Positions 1 through 11,750 of a stretch of 64,000 bases of DNA are shown one piece after another (position 1 is the stretch's first letter; each line of letters starts with the position of its first letter). The notes under the pieces are model-generated. The model was not told the origin of the DNA. It saw only the letters and a program-made list of their open reading frames with translations, and did not search any database. The DNA is from Macrostomum lignano (Eukaryota). The DNA is taken from assembly GCA_002269645.1 (NCBI GenBank), contig NIVC01003317.1, forward strand, positions 40,331-104,330. Reading direction: 5' to 3'. Both the position numbers and the translations under genes were made by a program.

Positions 1-686
1 CTGAATGCCCAACTCCTGTCTTTTCCAGTAGGTGGCTGGGCAGTCACTGACATGCTCGATGCTTTCCTCCTCAAGCCCGCAGCCTCTACAGATGCCATCC
101 GTTTCTTTGCCCAGTCTTTTTTTGTAGCTCGCCAGTTCGAGCGAGTGGCCAGTTCTAGCTCTCCTGAAGCTGGTGGCGTCTCCTCTGCTTTCAAAGGTGG
201 TCTTCTTAATGGTTGTTCGGTTGCCGCTGTAGGTCTTTTCACAGCGCGGGTGCGCCCGTCCAGCTTTTTTAGCTCTCTCTGCTTCTGCCGCCTTGATCGC
301 CTGACGCACAGCGCTCTTGCCCACCCTCGCCTCTTGCTGGTCCTCCTCGCAGGCTGCCGCAGCCGCTTTGTCTGCCTCCTCGTTTCCTGGCAGCCCGCGG
401 TGCGCTGGGATCCAGGCAAGCTCGACAATCTTACCCCTCTCCTTCAGCACTTCCAGCTTCCATCTGATCTCTCCAGCGCGCGGGTGCTTGCTGTTTGTTT
501 CTTTGCTGAAGAAAATACCCTTCAGGGCGCTCGCGCTGTCAGTGAGTATAGCAGCCTTCTGCCAACTTCTTTCCTGCCTGCAGACTCTTCCAGCGCCGTC
601 AGCTCCACCGTGCACGAGCTACACCACTTTCCAGCTGGCACCATGTGTCTTTCTTCCGTGCCTGGCCCCTTGCTCCATTTGACCAG
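1..686 (-). mobile_element. 5'-truncated, frameshifted non-LTR retrotransposon ORF2 fragment (RNase H + C-terminal zinc knuckle; I/R1/Tad-like group)
   Basis: Hand translation of minus strand 564..1 is stop-free: WQKAAILTDSASALKG...VELAWIPAHRGLPGNEEADKAA...RARTGHS...ICRGCGLEEESIEHVSDCPA. This matches RNase H motifs (TDS, WIPAH, GNExAD) and a CxxC..EH..C finger. The upstream part (AGKWCSSCTVELTAL) is in another frame, with a shift near 565-570. It runs off the window edge and is not in the ORF track. Confidence 0.88.
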
Positions 687-856
687 TGTTGTTGTTGTTG
701 TTGTTGTTAAAAAAAGAAAAAAATGATTTGTGCTGCAGCATTTTTATCTATTTTAATTTTCAAATTGCCGTATTTAATTAATTATACGCATGTATTTCTA
801 GAATTTTTCTAAATTATTCACTGTTGCGCAAAATAATCATTGACTGCACCAAAACC

Positions 857-1270
857 TTGGCGTCCCCCCCGTTTCAGCAGGCTTGGCGCCCCCCTCCCCC
901 TTCCAGCAGGCTTGGCGCCCCCCCCCCAACTTCCAGCAGGCTTGGCGCCCCCCCCTTCCAGCAGGCTTGGCGCCCCCCCCTCCAGCAGGCTTGGCGCCCC
1001 CCTCCAGCAGGCTTGGCGCCCCCCTTCCAGCAGGCTTGGCGCCGCCCCACTCCAGCAGGCTTGGCGCCCCCCCTCCAGCAGGCTTGGCGCCCCCATTACA
1101 GCAGGCTTGGCGCCCCCCCCCCTCCAGCAGGCTTGGCGCCCCCTCTCCAGCAGGCTTGGCGCCCCCCCCTCCAGCAGACTTGGCGCCCCCCTCCAGCAGG
1201 CTTGGCGCCCCCTCTCCAGCAGGCTTGGCGCCCCCTCTCCCCCTTCTAGCAGGCTTGGCGCCCCCCCCCC
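857..1270. repeat. GC-rich minisatellite, 22-25 bp unit CCAGCAGGCTTGGCGCCCCC(C)nT
   Basis: Tandem copies are visible directly. The ORFs at 818-1322 are translations of this repeat. Confidence 0.95.
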
Positions 1271-1594
1271 ATTGATCCAAGTGGGTGTCAAGAGGGTTGG
1301 ATAGATTATATTTTGATAACATTTTATAGTTTAATGCAATTTTATATACATGTAGACTACTTGAATCGAATACTTATATAGGTGTAATAAAATTATTTAA
1401 TTAGATTTATTCTGTTAACATTCCTATTTTCTTTGTCACTTAAGTCAACATTGAATGTTCCGCCCATTGAAATCGTACTTGGGGAAAACCGTAAAAAAGA
1501 GCAAAGTTACACTTGTGCGATAGGATGCCTTGGGTTACTTGCAATATTGTATTGAAATTCAATCCTGACTATTCAGGCCACAAATTCTAACTCA

Positions 1595-2830
1595 GGTCCT
1601 GGACTCGAACCCCCTACTCATAGAGTTACACTGCATCCCCAATTGCTAGGTCCTGGACTCGAACCCTTACCTCAGAGAGTCACACTGCATCCCCAATTGC
1701 TAGGTCCTGCACTCGAACCCCCACCTCAGAGAGTCACACTGCATCCCCAATTGCTAGGTCCTGGACTCGAACCCCCACCTCAGAGAGTCACACTGCATCC
1801 CAAATTGCTAGGTCCTGGACTCGAACCCCCACCTCAGAGAGTCACACTGCATCCCAAATTGCTAGGTCCTGGACTCGAACCCCCACCTCAGAGAGTCACA
1901 CTGCATCCCCGATTGCTAGGTCCTGCACTCGAATCCCCACCTCAGAGAGTCACACTGCATCCCCAATTGCTAGGTCCTGGACTCGAACCCCTACCTCAGA
2001 GAGTCACACTGCATCCCCAATTGCTAGGTCCTGGACTCGAACCCCCACCTCAGAGAGTTACACTGCATCCCCAATTGCTAGGTCCTGGACTCGAACCCCC
2101 ACCTCAGAGAGTTACACTGCATCCCCAATTGCTAGGTCCTGGACTCGAACCCACCTCACAGAGTCACACTGCATCCCCGATTGCTAGGTCCTGGACTCGA
2201 ACCCACCTCACAGAGTCACACTGCATCCCCGATTGCTAGGTCCTGGACTCGAACCCCCACCTCAGAGAGTCACACTGCATCCCCAATTGCTAGGTCCTGG
2301 ACTCGAACCCCCACCTCAGAGAGTTACACTGCATCCCCAATTGCTAGGTCCTGGACTCGAACCCACCTCACAGAGTCACACTGCATCCCCGATTGCTAGG
2401 TCCTGGACTCGAACCCCCACCTCAGAGAGTTACACTGCATCCCCAATTGCTAGGTCCTGGACTCGAACCCCCACCTCAGAGAGTTACACTGCATCCCCAA
2501 TTGCTAGGTCCTGGACTCGAACCCACCTCACAGAGTCACACTGCATCCCCGATTGCTAGGTCCTGGACTCGAACCCACCTCACAGAGTCACACTGCATCC
2601 CCGATTGCTAGGTCCTGGACTCGAACCCTCACCTCAGAGAGTCACACTGCATCCTTAATTGCTAGGTCCTGGACTCGAACCCCCACCTCAGAGAGTCACA
2701 CTGCATCCCCAATTGCTAGGTCATGGACTCGAACCCCCACCTCAGAGAGTCACACTGCATCCCCAATGCTAGGTCCTGGACTCGAACCCCTACCTCAGAG
2801 AGTCACACTGCATCCCCAATGCTAGGTCCC
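1595..2830. repeat. 54-bp (variant 52-bp) tandem array, about 23 copies, with a Pol III B-box on the minus strand
   Basis: Unit is CTAGGTCCTGGACTCGAACCCCCACCTCAGAGAGTCACACTGCATCCCCAATTG. Its reverse complement contains GGTTCGAGTCC. Confidence 0.95.
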
Positions 2831-4245
2831 GGACACAAAACAATAAGCTCGTAGTAAATACCCTGTAAAAACTTAAGAATTTTAGCAGTGGTAACTAAAT
2901 AATATGCTCTCTTCTTTAAAAAGCATTTGCATATTACGTTTGTGTATTTAATTCATTTGCCTGTTAGAAGTAAACCTTGCACCAAAGTGAATGGAAGACT
3001 GATGACTGACATTGTAGCGCACTGGTGTCGCGAGAACGAGAGTGTAAAAAATCCATGACGAAAAGTATACAATGAAGACAAAAAAATACATCTCGAAATA
3101 TTTCTGCTTTCATCTCATCTAAAATGGCGCTTTGTGGAAATGTTGGCGAAAATTGCACTAACTCGAAACAAGGCTGAGTCCCTCAGTCTGAGTAAGTCCA
3201 CTCAGAGTAAACATGAATTATCGCCACATACTACTGTTAGGAATCGAACGAATCCTGCTAAGGTAGTTTGAATAAAGTTTAAATTCACAATACAAAAATC
3301 AATAATTTAGAGCGCCAGCGCAAGCCAAAAGAACAAAAATTGTTGGGACAGTTTTGACAGAAAAAGCAAAATATAACAAGGATCTATATATAAATTATAA
3401 GTATTATTTGAATAGTAAATAATTAAATATTCGCAGGCAACAGTAGTGCCATGTTTGCTCTCATGGCTGGTGGAGGGAGATCGTTATCAACTCTAAAACA
3501 ATCAAATCGATTTCGCAAAGTGTCACGTGGCTAAGCTTCAACTGACGACCGATATGTGTGCATTCAATTACTGGCCTTTTGTTAGAATAAGTGCTAGAAT
3601 AACGATAGACAAAACTGCTTAACCAGAGTGGAAGCAAATTACATTAAAAGAAATCAGACGGATTCCGAATGAGAACTTCATTGTTAAATAAACTTTGGAT
3701 TTTTTACAAGCGAACGGGTACCAGAAACATTGTCGCCTTTCCTGCTAGTCTCAACCACCGGCGATTCAATTCCGTTTGTGGACGCTTGGAGGTTTTTAAA
3801 GTTTTTCAGCAAAAAAATTGTTTTTAATGCTTTTGATAGCAGGCAGACCCGAAGTTCGGCTTTTGATATGACTTGCCGGTCTTATACTCATGGGTTTGTT
3901 GGTATTCTTAAAACTGTCTGTTTGGAAAATCAGGATTCTATGTTAATTTTATATTCTAAGTAGATGCCCCTGTGCCTAAAAAACGTAAAGATGGCACAGC
4001 TTTTTCATCATTCCTAGCACCATTTTTACGATTTTTAGGAACAGGACATGTGCGAACCTATGTACATGTACGAGCGTACCTATGATTATCAATAGACCTA
4101 TATAAGAAGGGCAAATCATATCACTTCCATTCTTCGTAACGTCAAACCTGAGAAATTCATTTCTTTTTTGCCTTTTGCCCTTGATTGACTGTCGCAAGCA
4201 GTTCTATTCCACATATGGAATGCAATGAATGCCCCAATGCATTGG

Positions 4246-4251
4246 TTTATT
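4246..4251 (-). promoter_or_regulatory. Candidate polyadenylation signal AATAAA of the RASEF-like gene
   Basis: TTTATT on the plus strand, about 137 nt past the stop codon at 4388. Confidence 0.45.
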
Positions 4252-4387
4252 CAACTAGATGTGAATCGAGAGGTCAAAGCGATTCAAATCGGAGCACACA
4301 GCGTCATTGCCGGTGAAACTCGTTGAGCTTGGCTCTGATTTAAATAATATTCTCAAGAATTTCAGCAGAGATTTCACCTCATCCTTC

Positions 4388-4813
4388 TTAGCAACAGGAT
4401 CCCAGTTTCTTTCCTGCGCCATCTTTCAACTGAACACTGCCAGAACTGTCGCCACCGCCGCCTCGCATCAGCTCTGCGTCCTCTCGTTCCCATAGCAACC
4501 GACAGAGCTGCTCCACGGTCGAGCTGACGGCCAGGCCCGACGCGGCGCTCGTCTCCACAAACATCGCCGCCTCCAGCGACTCGGCAAGGCGGGCGCCCTC
4601 CGATGCGTCGACGCCTCGCCCGGTGCCGCCTCCACCGCGAAGGTCGGCCTTGTTGCCGGCCAGCACAACGGGGATGCCGGGCTCGGCGCAGTCCCGGATC
4701 GACTCCATCCAGTCGCGAGCGCTCAGGAACGAACGTTCGTGGGTGCAGTCGTACATGAGGATCACGCCGTCTGCACGACGGAAGTAGGACTTGGCAATGC
4801 TGCGGAAGCGCTC
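4388..4813 (-). CDS. RASEF: RASEF/Rab45-like, exon 2 (C-terminal part of Rab domain, ends in CC prenylation motif)
   Basis: Acceptor ccatcgccAG|GAG at 4814/4813, phase 0. Translation is ERFRSIAKSYFRRADGVILMYD...GNKADL...ETSA...KKLGSCC*. Confidence 0.93.
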   Translation of the reverse strand, partial: ERFRSIAKSYFRRADGVILMYDCTHERSFLSARDWMESIRDCAEPGIPVVLAGNKADLRGGGGTGRGVDASEGARLAESLEAAMFVETSAASGLAVSSTVEQLCRLLWEREDAELMRGGGGDSSGSVQLKDGAGKKLGSCC

Positions 4814-4824
4814 CTGGCGATGGT

Positions 4825-5280
4825 TTGAGATTTAGGTGAGAATTTTTAGTATATGGAATAGACGATTTTTCGGTGAGATTTTGGTGAGATTGGGTGAGAT
4901 TCAGGTAAGATTCAGGTGAGATTTGATGACGTTCAGGTGAGATTGGATAAGGTTCAGATGAGATTTAGGTGAGATGAGAAGATATTTTGGTGAGATTTAG
5001 GTGAGGTTACACAAGATTCAAGTGATATTCAGGTGAGATTGGATGATATTCAGGTGAGATTGGAAGAGATTTCGGTGATTCTGATGAGATTCTGGTGAGA
5101 TTCCGGTGAGATTCAGATGAGATTGCATGAAATTCCTGTGAAATTTGATGAGGTTCAGGTGAGATTCAGGTGAGAATTATAAGAGATTCAGGTGAGATTC
5201 ATAACAGATTCAGAGGGAGATTCAAGTTAGATTCAGGTGGAAGATTTTTTCGGTAGGATTTAGACAAGACTCAACGAAAG
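4825..5280. repeat. Degenerate ~10-bp repeat (AGGTGAGATT/C) at the 3' end of the RASEF intron
   Basis: Recurrent caggtgagatt-like units are visible. Confidence 0.8.
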
Positions 5281-6060
5281 ATTATTATGTGACTTCTGCA
5301 AGATTTCTTGTCAAATTCAGTATTTATCAGATGACATTGAGAGGAAATCGTCAGTCTAGCTGTCTTAAAATAAAATTTATAGTTTTCGCGACGCCTCGAA
5401 TGCTTTTTTAGCATTCTTAGAGCTCTGCCCTCTGTCTATTGCCAAGTGTAAGAGCTTCACTGGTAGTTTTTTTTTACTGGACTCTGATCGTGACCTGAAC
5501 TTTTCTGCTAGACTCTCGCCCTCTCTCCTCCCCTCTCTCTATTTCCCAATCGACTTCAACGACTGTTGGAGTTGAGCAAAATTAATTGCCAAATATCGTA
5601 TTTCCACAAAGCTAGCGGACTGTGACTGACTTGGCTTCAGGCGGGGCTAGTATGTTAGACTTTGAGTAGCGCGATAGAGGGTAGTACAATACAAAGAGTA
5701 AGGAGTTGAAGTGCTCAAAATTATACGGGTTTTCAATTGAGGTACTGAAAATTGTTTGACGTAGACAGTTCCATAGCCCCGCGGGTTTAGTTTCCATATT
5801 TGGCATTCACTGACTCACGCGGTGACGATATGTAGATATGTTTGGCTTTTTATGCCGTTAGTATGCTTGATTTATGACTTTGTTTTTGAGTCAAACTGTC
5901 TACTCGTATTTAATTTCCATATTATACGCTCGTATAGTCTGTCGTAAGTAATTGTTTACTGTCTATTGTTAAAAATTAGCGTGATCTGAGAATTTAACTT
6001 TATTTTGAGCTGTGCGAGTTTAATTGCGAGTTGAGTTAAATAAGGATAACGAGATTAGCT

Positions 6061-7335
6061 CTAGAGTTGGTACTGGAGAGTGACTCTAGAGTTGGTACTG
6101 GAGAGTGACTCTAGAGTTGGTACTGGAGAGTGACTCTAGAGTTGGTACTGGAGAGTGACTCTAGAGTTGGTACTGGAGAGTGACTCTCGGGTTGGGACTG
6201 GAGAGTGACTCTCGTGTTGGGACTGGAGAGTGACTCTCGTGTTGGGACTGGAGAGTGACTCTCGTGTTGGGACTGGAGAGTGACTCTCGTGTTGGGACTG
6301 GAGAGTGACTCTCGGGTTGGGACTGGAGAGTGACTCTCGGGTTGGGACTGGAGAGTGACTCTCGTGTTGGTACTGGAGAGTGACTCTAGAGTTGGTACTG
6401 GAGAGTGACTCTAGAGTTGGTACTGGAGAGTGACTCTCGGGTTGGGACTGGAGAGTGACTCTCGTGTTGGGACTGGAGAGTGACTCTCGTGTTGGGACTG
6501 GAGAGTGACTCTCGTGTTGGGACTGGAGAGTGACTCTCGTGTTGGGACTGGAGAGTGACTCTCGGGTTGGGACTGGAGAGTGACTCTCGGGTTGGGACTG
6601 GAGAGTGACTCTCGTGTTGGTACTGGAGAGTGACTCTAGAGTTGGTACTGGAGAGTGACTCTAGAGTTGATACTGGAGAGTGACTCTCGAGTTGGTACTG
6701 GAGAGTGACTCTAGAGTTGGTACTGGAGAGTGACTCTCGAGTTGGTACTGGAGAGTGACTCTAGAGTTGGTACTGGAGAGTGACTCTAGAGTTGGTACTG
6801 GAGAGTGACTCTAGAGTTGGTACTGGAGAGTGACTCTAGAGTTGGTACTGGAGAGTGACTCTAGAGTTGGTACTGGAGAGTGACTCTCGGGTTGGGACTG
6901 GAGAGTGACTCTCGTGTTGGGACTGGAGAGTGACTCTCGTGTTGGGACTGGAGAGTGACTCTCGTGTTGGGACTGGAGAGTGACTCTCGTGTTGGGACTG
7001 GAGAGTGACTCTCGGGTTGGGACTGGAGAGTGACTCTCGGGTTGGGACTGGAGAGTGACTCTCGTGTTGGTACTGGAGAGTGACTCTAGAGTTGGTACTG
7101 GAGAGTGACTCTAGAGTTGATACTGGAGAGTGACTCTCGAGTTGGTACTGGAGAGTGACTCTCGAGTTGGGACTGGAGAGTGACTCTCGAGTTGGTACTG
7201 GAGAGTGACTCTCGAGTTGGGACTGGAGAGTGACTCTCGAGTTGGTACTGGAGAGTGACTCTCGAGTTGGTACTGGAGAGTGACTCTAGAGTTGGTACTG
7301 GAGAGTGACTCTCGAGTTAAGACTGGAGAGTGACT
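6061..7335. repeat. 25-bp minisatellite, about 51 copies, with higher-order blocks, in the RASEF intron
   Basis: Unit is GAGAGTGACTCT(AGA/CGG/CGT/CGA)GTTGG(T/G)ACTG. The same run of variants starts at about 6181, 6431 and 6881. Confidence 0.95.
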
Positions 7336-7428
7336 TTTGAGTTTGACAATGGCTACAAGAAACTGGAGAATGCAAAGGCCGTTCGACATAAAATATGCGG
7401 ACAATTAGTTAGGGAAGTTTTTTCTAAC

Positions 7429-9336
7429 CTGGCCGGCCGTGTCCCAAAGCTGTACGGCCACAACTCGACCGTCCACTACCAGCGTCCGAGTCTTGAAGTC
7501 TACGCCCAGCGTGGCCGTCGTGTTGGCAGAGAATCGACCATCGCAAAATCGTCCAATGAAGCTGCTCTTGCCCACTGCCGCGTCGCCTGCCAACACCACC
7601 TTGAACATGCGCTCGGGTGGCGACATGGCAACCGACTCAGCAATTGACTCTGCCTGATCCACTTCAGCGCCCTCCTCCTCTTCCTCCGGATATCCCATCT
7701 GATGAGGCTGAGGACACCGACGGAGCTGCCGATGCCTTCGACTGCTGCGCAACGGCTGGCGATGACGGATGACTTCTCCGTCCTCCTGCGCTTCGGAGTA
7801 CATGTAGCAATCGTCCAGCTGTTGAGCGGTCGCCGAGCTCCGCTCCCGAGCTCCACAATCGACCAGAGTCTCTCGGGTGGAGTGAAGACCTTCTTCATCC
7901 TCTTCTACTTCTTCGTCGGTAAAATCGTACCCAAAGCCTTTGCCGCCGCTGCCGCCAAAAGGGATTACAAAGTGATCCGGGAAGTCGGCGGCAGAAGCCA
8001 TGGACTGTCGCTGATCGTCGCGACAGGTCGACATTCCGCTGTCAACCTCCTCGTCATCCTCATCTAGCTCGGTGCTCAGACCCACTCTTCTCTCCACCCC
8101 GTCTTCGCAAAATTCCTCCGCGGCCGCGGCGGTGCCGACGCTGCTCACGGGGCGACAGAAGCTGCCTCGTCCGGACGACGGCGTGACAGCGCCACCTCCG
8201 CCACCACCGCTGCTGACGCCGCTGTATTGGCGCTCAAGAGCGCAGCGCAGACTGTCGTTGGTGTCGCTTAGACTCCGGTTGGCCTGCTGTAGCAGCCGCA
8301 GCTGTAGTGCCAGCTGCTCCTGATCGCGCTGGTAGGTCTGAAGATTTCTTCTCTCGACCAGCAGCTCCCGGGTCCGGCCTTCCTGGTCCTGGCGCATTCG
8401 AGCGAGCTCGCTGCGGCTTACCGCTAGCGCCGTCTCCAGCCTCTGCATGTCCGCTAAGAGACTCTGGTTTCGCTCCCTGGTTTCTTCGACGCTGCGTCGT
8501 AACCCGACCTCTGAAGTGGCATCCGCGACATCCTGTCGGCTTCGTCGACGCTGCAGTTCGTCGATCATCGTCTGCAGCTCGTCGATTTCGGCCTGCTTTC
8601 TGTCCAGCAGGTCCTGGTACTGCTCGGCCAGCCGGCGTCTTTCCTGCGCTCTCGCTCGCTGCTCCAACTTGGTCATCTGGATCTCCATCTCCTCCTCCAG
8701 TTGGCGCACGTGGCTCTCGTTGGCCGCCTTGGCTCTGGCAAAGGCCTCCTCGAGTTGTTGACGTTCGCGACGCTGAGCTCCGACCTCCTTGGCTGCACTG
8801 ACAATAATGGACTCGAAGCTGTCTACAAGCTGGGGGTATTGGCGCTGCAACAGGCAGTGCAGCTCGCAGACTTTCTCTTGACAGCTGAGCTGCTGAAGTC
8901 CCTCGGTCAGCTGCTGCTCGAGGTCTGCACCGCTGGCACCGCTACGCTGCTGCGGCGGCTGTCGCAGCTCTTGGGGCTCGTCAACGTCTAGTAGCCGCTC
9001 CTGGGAGAAGGCCTTCATGCTCAGAGAGCTGCCAGCCTGGCCAGCTGCCAACTGCTGGTGATGATGCTGATGCTGGTTGTGCAACTCGCGGGAGGCCAAT
9101 GACAGGCCGATGGCCCTGAAGCCCGCCTGAAAGTCGGCCGCGTCAACCCGGCCGTCGCCGTCTTCGTCCAGCTGGGCGAAGATCTGTCGAACCTCGTCTG
9201 GCCTAAGATCACCGTCGCAGCAGCGAGCGAGGTCCGACTCGGTGATGAAGCCGGATCCGTCAGTGTCCAGGAGGCTGAACAGAGACGCCGCTCGCTGTGA
9301 TTCGGCCAGACTTGAGCCGAATTGTTCCTGCGTCAT
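7429..9336 (-). CDS. RASEF: RASEF/Rab45-like, exon 1 (two EF-hands, coiled coil, Rab G1-G3)
   Basis: ATG at 9336. EF loops DTDGSGFITESDL and DEDGDGRVDAADF, a long E/Q/R coiled coil, P-loop GDAAVGKSS and WDTAGQ. Donor CAG|GTTAGA at 7429/7428. Exon is 1908 nt, phase 0, and joins exon 2 in frame to give about 777 aa. Confidence 0.93.
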
Positions 9337-10244
9337 TGTGCTCAGCGAGATAGGTACGTAGGTAGGTGCTCAGGCGGCACTACATCACAGAGCCTCTTGT
9401 GTCTGAGAGGGCAAAAAATCCTCAAGAGTGTTGGAGAGGAGCCAGCTAGAATGGGAGATTAAATTGAAGCGGGAAACCCTGTAACAGCTAAAGCCAATCG
9501 CTTTGTTAGCCAAGGACTTGCATTTTAATCTTCGAGGCTTGGCGAGCAAGTCGAGCGGGAGAGAGAGAGAACTGAGCCAACAACAGTCTACCGCTCCCGC
9601 CCCAACCGAAGCGATCACGATCGGGAAAGAAATTTTGCAATCGATCGATCGATACTTCTGCTGCAGGGAGCTGAACTGGGAAATGAGCGCGAGGGGCCAA
9701 GCGCTGACAGCTTGCGGGAGTCCATGAGAGGAGAGAGGAGCTAGCGGTAGGCATTGCGGCCCTGCTGCAGTCAAAGCCTGGCTTGGGAGGGTCGCAGTTG
9801 CGGATATTTGCCAAATCCCTCCGAGAGACCAAAGCCCCCCCCCGTATCCACAGAAGAAGTCGTTTAGAGACGTGTGCTTGAGGGAAACAATAAAGAAACA
9901 CTTCAAAAAGGTCGCTAACAAAAGTCCGACTTAATGCGTCTCTCCCGGAAATTTTGCCGACATTTTTTGGACCAAAGAAATTCTTCTCTATTGAATCCTT
10001 TATAACTATGCGGTAGAGTGCGAGTAGACTCATTGGCAGCACGAATGCAGACTGGCACTTTAGTTAAGCTATGTCGTAAAAAGCACAAGTCTTGACCGCG
10101 CTTCAATGAGTATAACATGTTTTCTGATTTTAAAACTTTTAAACTGCGCAGATCCCAATTGCCTTTGAGCCATTGGTCATAAAAACGATTTTTAGCGATC
10201 CTTGCTTTAGAGTCTTTGGCCGAATGAGCCATTTCCTCTGAGTC

Positions 10245-10510
10245 ACTGGCGAAATGAGCGATGCCTTTTGAGTCATTGACCAATAATGAGCGATGCCCTT
10301 TGAGTCATTGACCAATAATGAGCGATGCCCTTTGAGTCGTTGACCAATAATGATCGATTCCGTTTGAGTCATTGACCAATAATGAGCGATTTCCTTTCTT
10401 TGAGTCATTGACCAATAATGAGCGATTCCGTTTGAGCCATTGACCAATAGTGAGCGATTCCCTTTGAGTCATTGAGCAATAAGGAGCGTTTCCTTTGAGT
10501 CATTGACCGA
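10245..10510. repeat. Degenerate ~33-bp minisatellite GAGTCATTGACCAATAATGAGCGATGCCCTTT
   Basis: About 8 visible copies. Confidence 0.85.
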
Positions 10511-11499
10511 AACACAAACCCTGTAGTATCTGTTCTAGAAGGGCCATTGAGCCAATCAGGTTTTTTCTGATGATTCCATTGTTCCTGGATCACGGGTGGG
10601 TTTTTAGGGCGAAGAAGATTGACAGTTAACCTTTTACTCATTCAATTCTTAGGATTGAAGGGGTTCTTTAAGTGTCCTCTTGTTCTCATAGAAGTCCACA
10701 GAATAAAGTAGGTCCACGTTCACGAAATAATAGGATTATATGAGCATTATGCAACTACTTTAAACAATCTCTTCAGCTATAAGACTTTCCAGCTAGAAAG
10801 CAATCTGCAATCTCAAATGACGACAAACCAAATCTCATGATTAATAATTGAAAATCCTGCAACAGGTGGTGCAGTATGACAGAAAACATACTCTGTCAGA
10901 CTATTGTAAGTAGCCTATTTTAAATCAAGGAACATGTCTATTAAAACAAAAGTTGAGTGAAAGTGAACTGAAAAAAAGTGTTTGGCTTGTTCTATAGACT
11001 GCAGCCAAAAATCAGACGCAGACATGCCGGATGTTGGGCTTTTTTTAACGGGACGGAGCTTTGCCTGAGTTTAGCAAATGTTTGCCTTGGACAGACTGCA
11101 AGCTCTGCTATTGTTCTGCAGCTGCGGATGCAAAGAATGACTGCAAAGCTATAAAGTCATCAAAGTTGGAATTGCTAAAAATTCGCGCTCTACGAGGTCT
11201 TGACAACTCGCGTCAGTTCTAATTTTCATGGCGTATGCAAAGCAATCCGTCAAAAGCACTGAAAAGTTGTCATATATTTTTCTGTTCAAAAAGCTGCCAA
11301 GGTATCAAATTATCAACGTTGATATGATTTCTTATTATTTTAAATAAATTTGTTTTGGAAGATGCATGGAATTATTGAGGTTTTCTTGTGAATGGAATTT
11401 AGGCCAAAGAAGCTGCTAATGTTTGTTTTATTGTCTATGGCCCAAAGCTTGAACGTTTGTGGAAAGAATCAAATCTGCTCCACTCTGCTCCACAGACCC

Positions 11500-11750
11500 C
11501 CTATAGGGCCATAGACATTGAAAAGCAAGACTTAAATAGCTTGGCTCTCCCACTACTAAGGATTAAGGCTGGTCCATAGACAATGAAAAAGAAGTCTTTG
11601 ATAGCGTCATTCCCCCACTAAGGATTCAGGTTGAGTCATAGACAATGAAAAGCAAGTCTTTAATAGCTTCATTTTCCTACTAAACGATCTAAGTTCGGCC
11701 ATAGACAATGGAAAGCAAGTCTTCATTCTCCCACTAAGGATTAAGTTGCT
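11500..11750. repeat. Degenerate ~60-bp repeat (CCATAGACAATGAAAAGCAAGTCTT...CCACTAAGGATT)
   Basis: About 4 diverged copies. Confidence 0.65.

Noticed and set aside
857-1270. Resemblance of CCAGCAGGCTTGGCGCC to the CTCF motif CCAGCAGGTGGCGC
   Set aside because: A 2-nt insertion breaks the motif register, and CTCF is reported missing from flatworms if that taxonomic guess is right.
818-2825. Long ORFs in several frames (Pro/Gly-rich; LLGPGLEPPPQRVTLHPQ repeats)
   Set aside because: They are translations of minisatellites, with no splice context, unique flanks or frame preference.
1595-2830. tRNA gene cluster or CRISPR array
   Set aside because: Units are 52-54 bp and cannot form a full cloverleaf. 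There are no unique spacers, no cas genes, and the context is eukaryotic.
7330-9212. Antisense and alternative-frame ORFs overlapping RASEF exon 1
   Set aside because: They are shadow ORFs of GC-rich coding sequence.
9915-10641. Minus-strand 122-aa and 78-aa ORFs flanking the 33-bp repeat
   Set aside because: No recognisable motif or splice structure, and they are partly repeat-derived.
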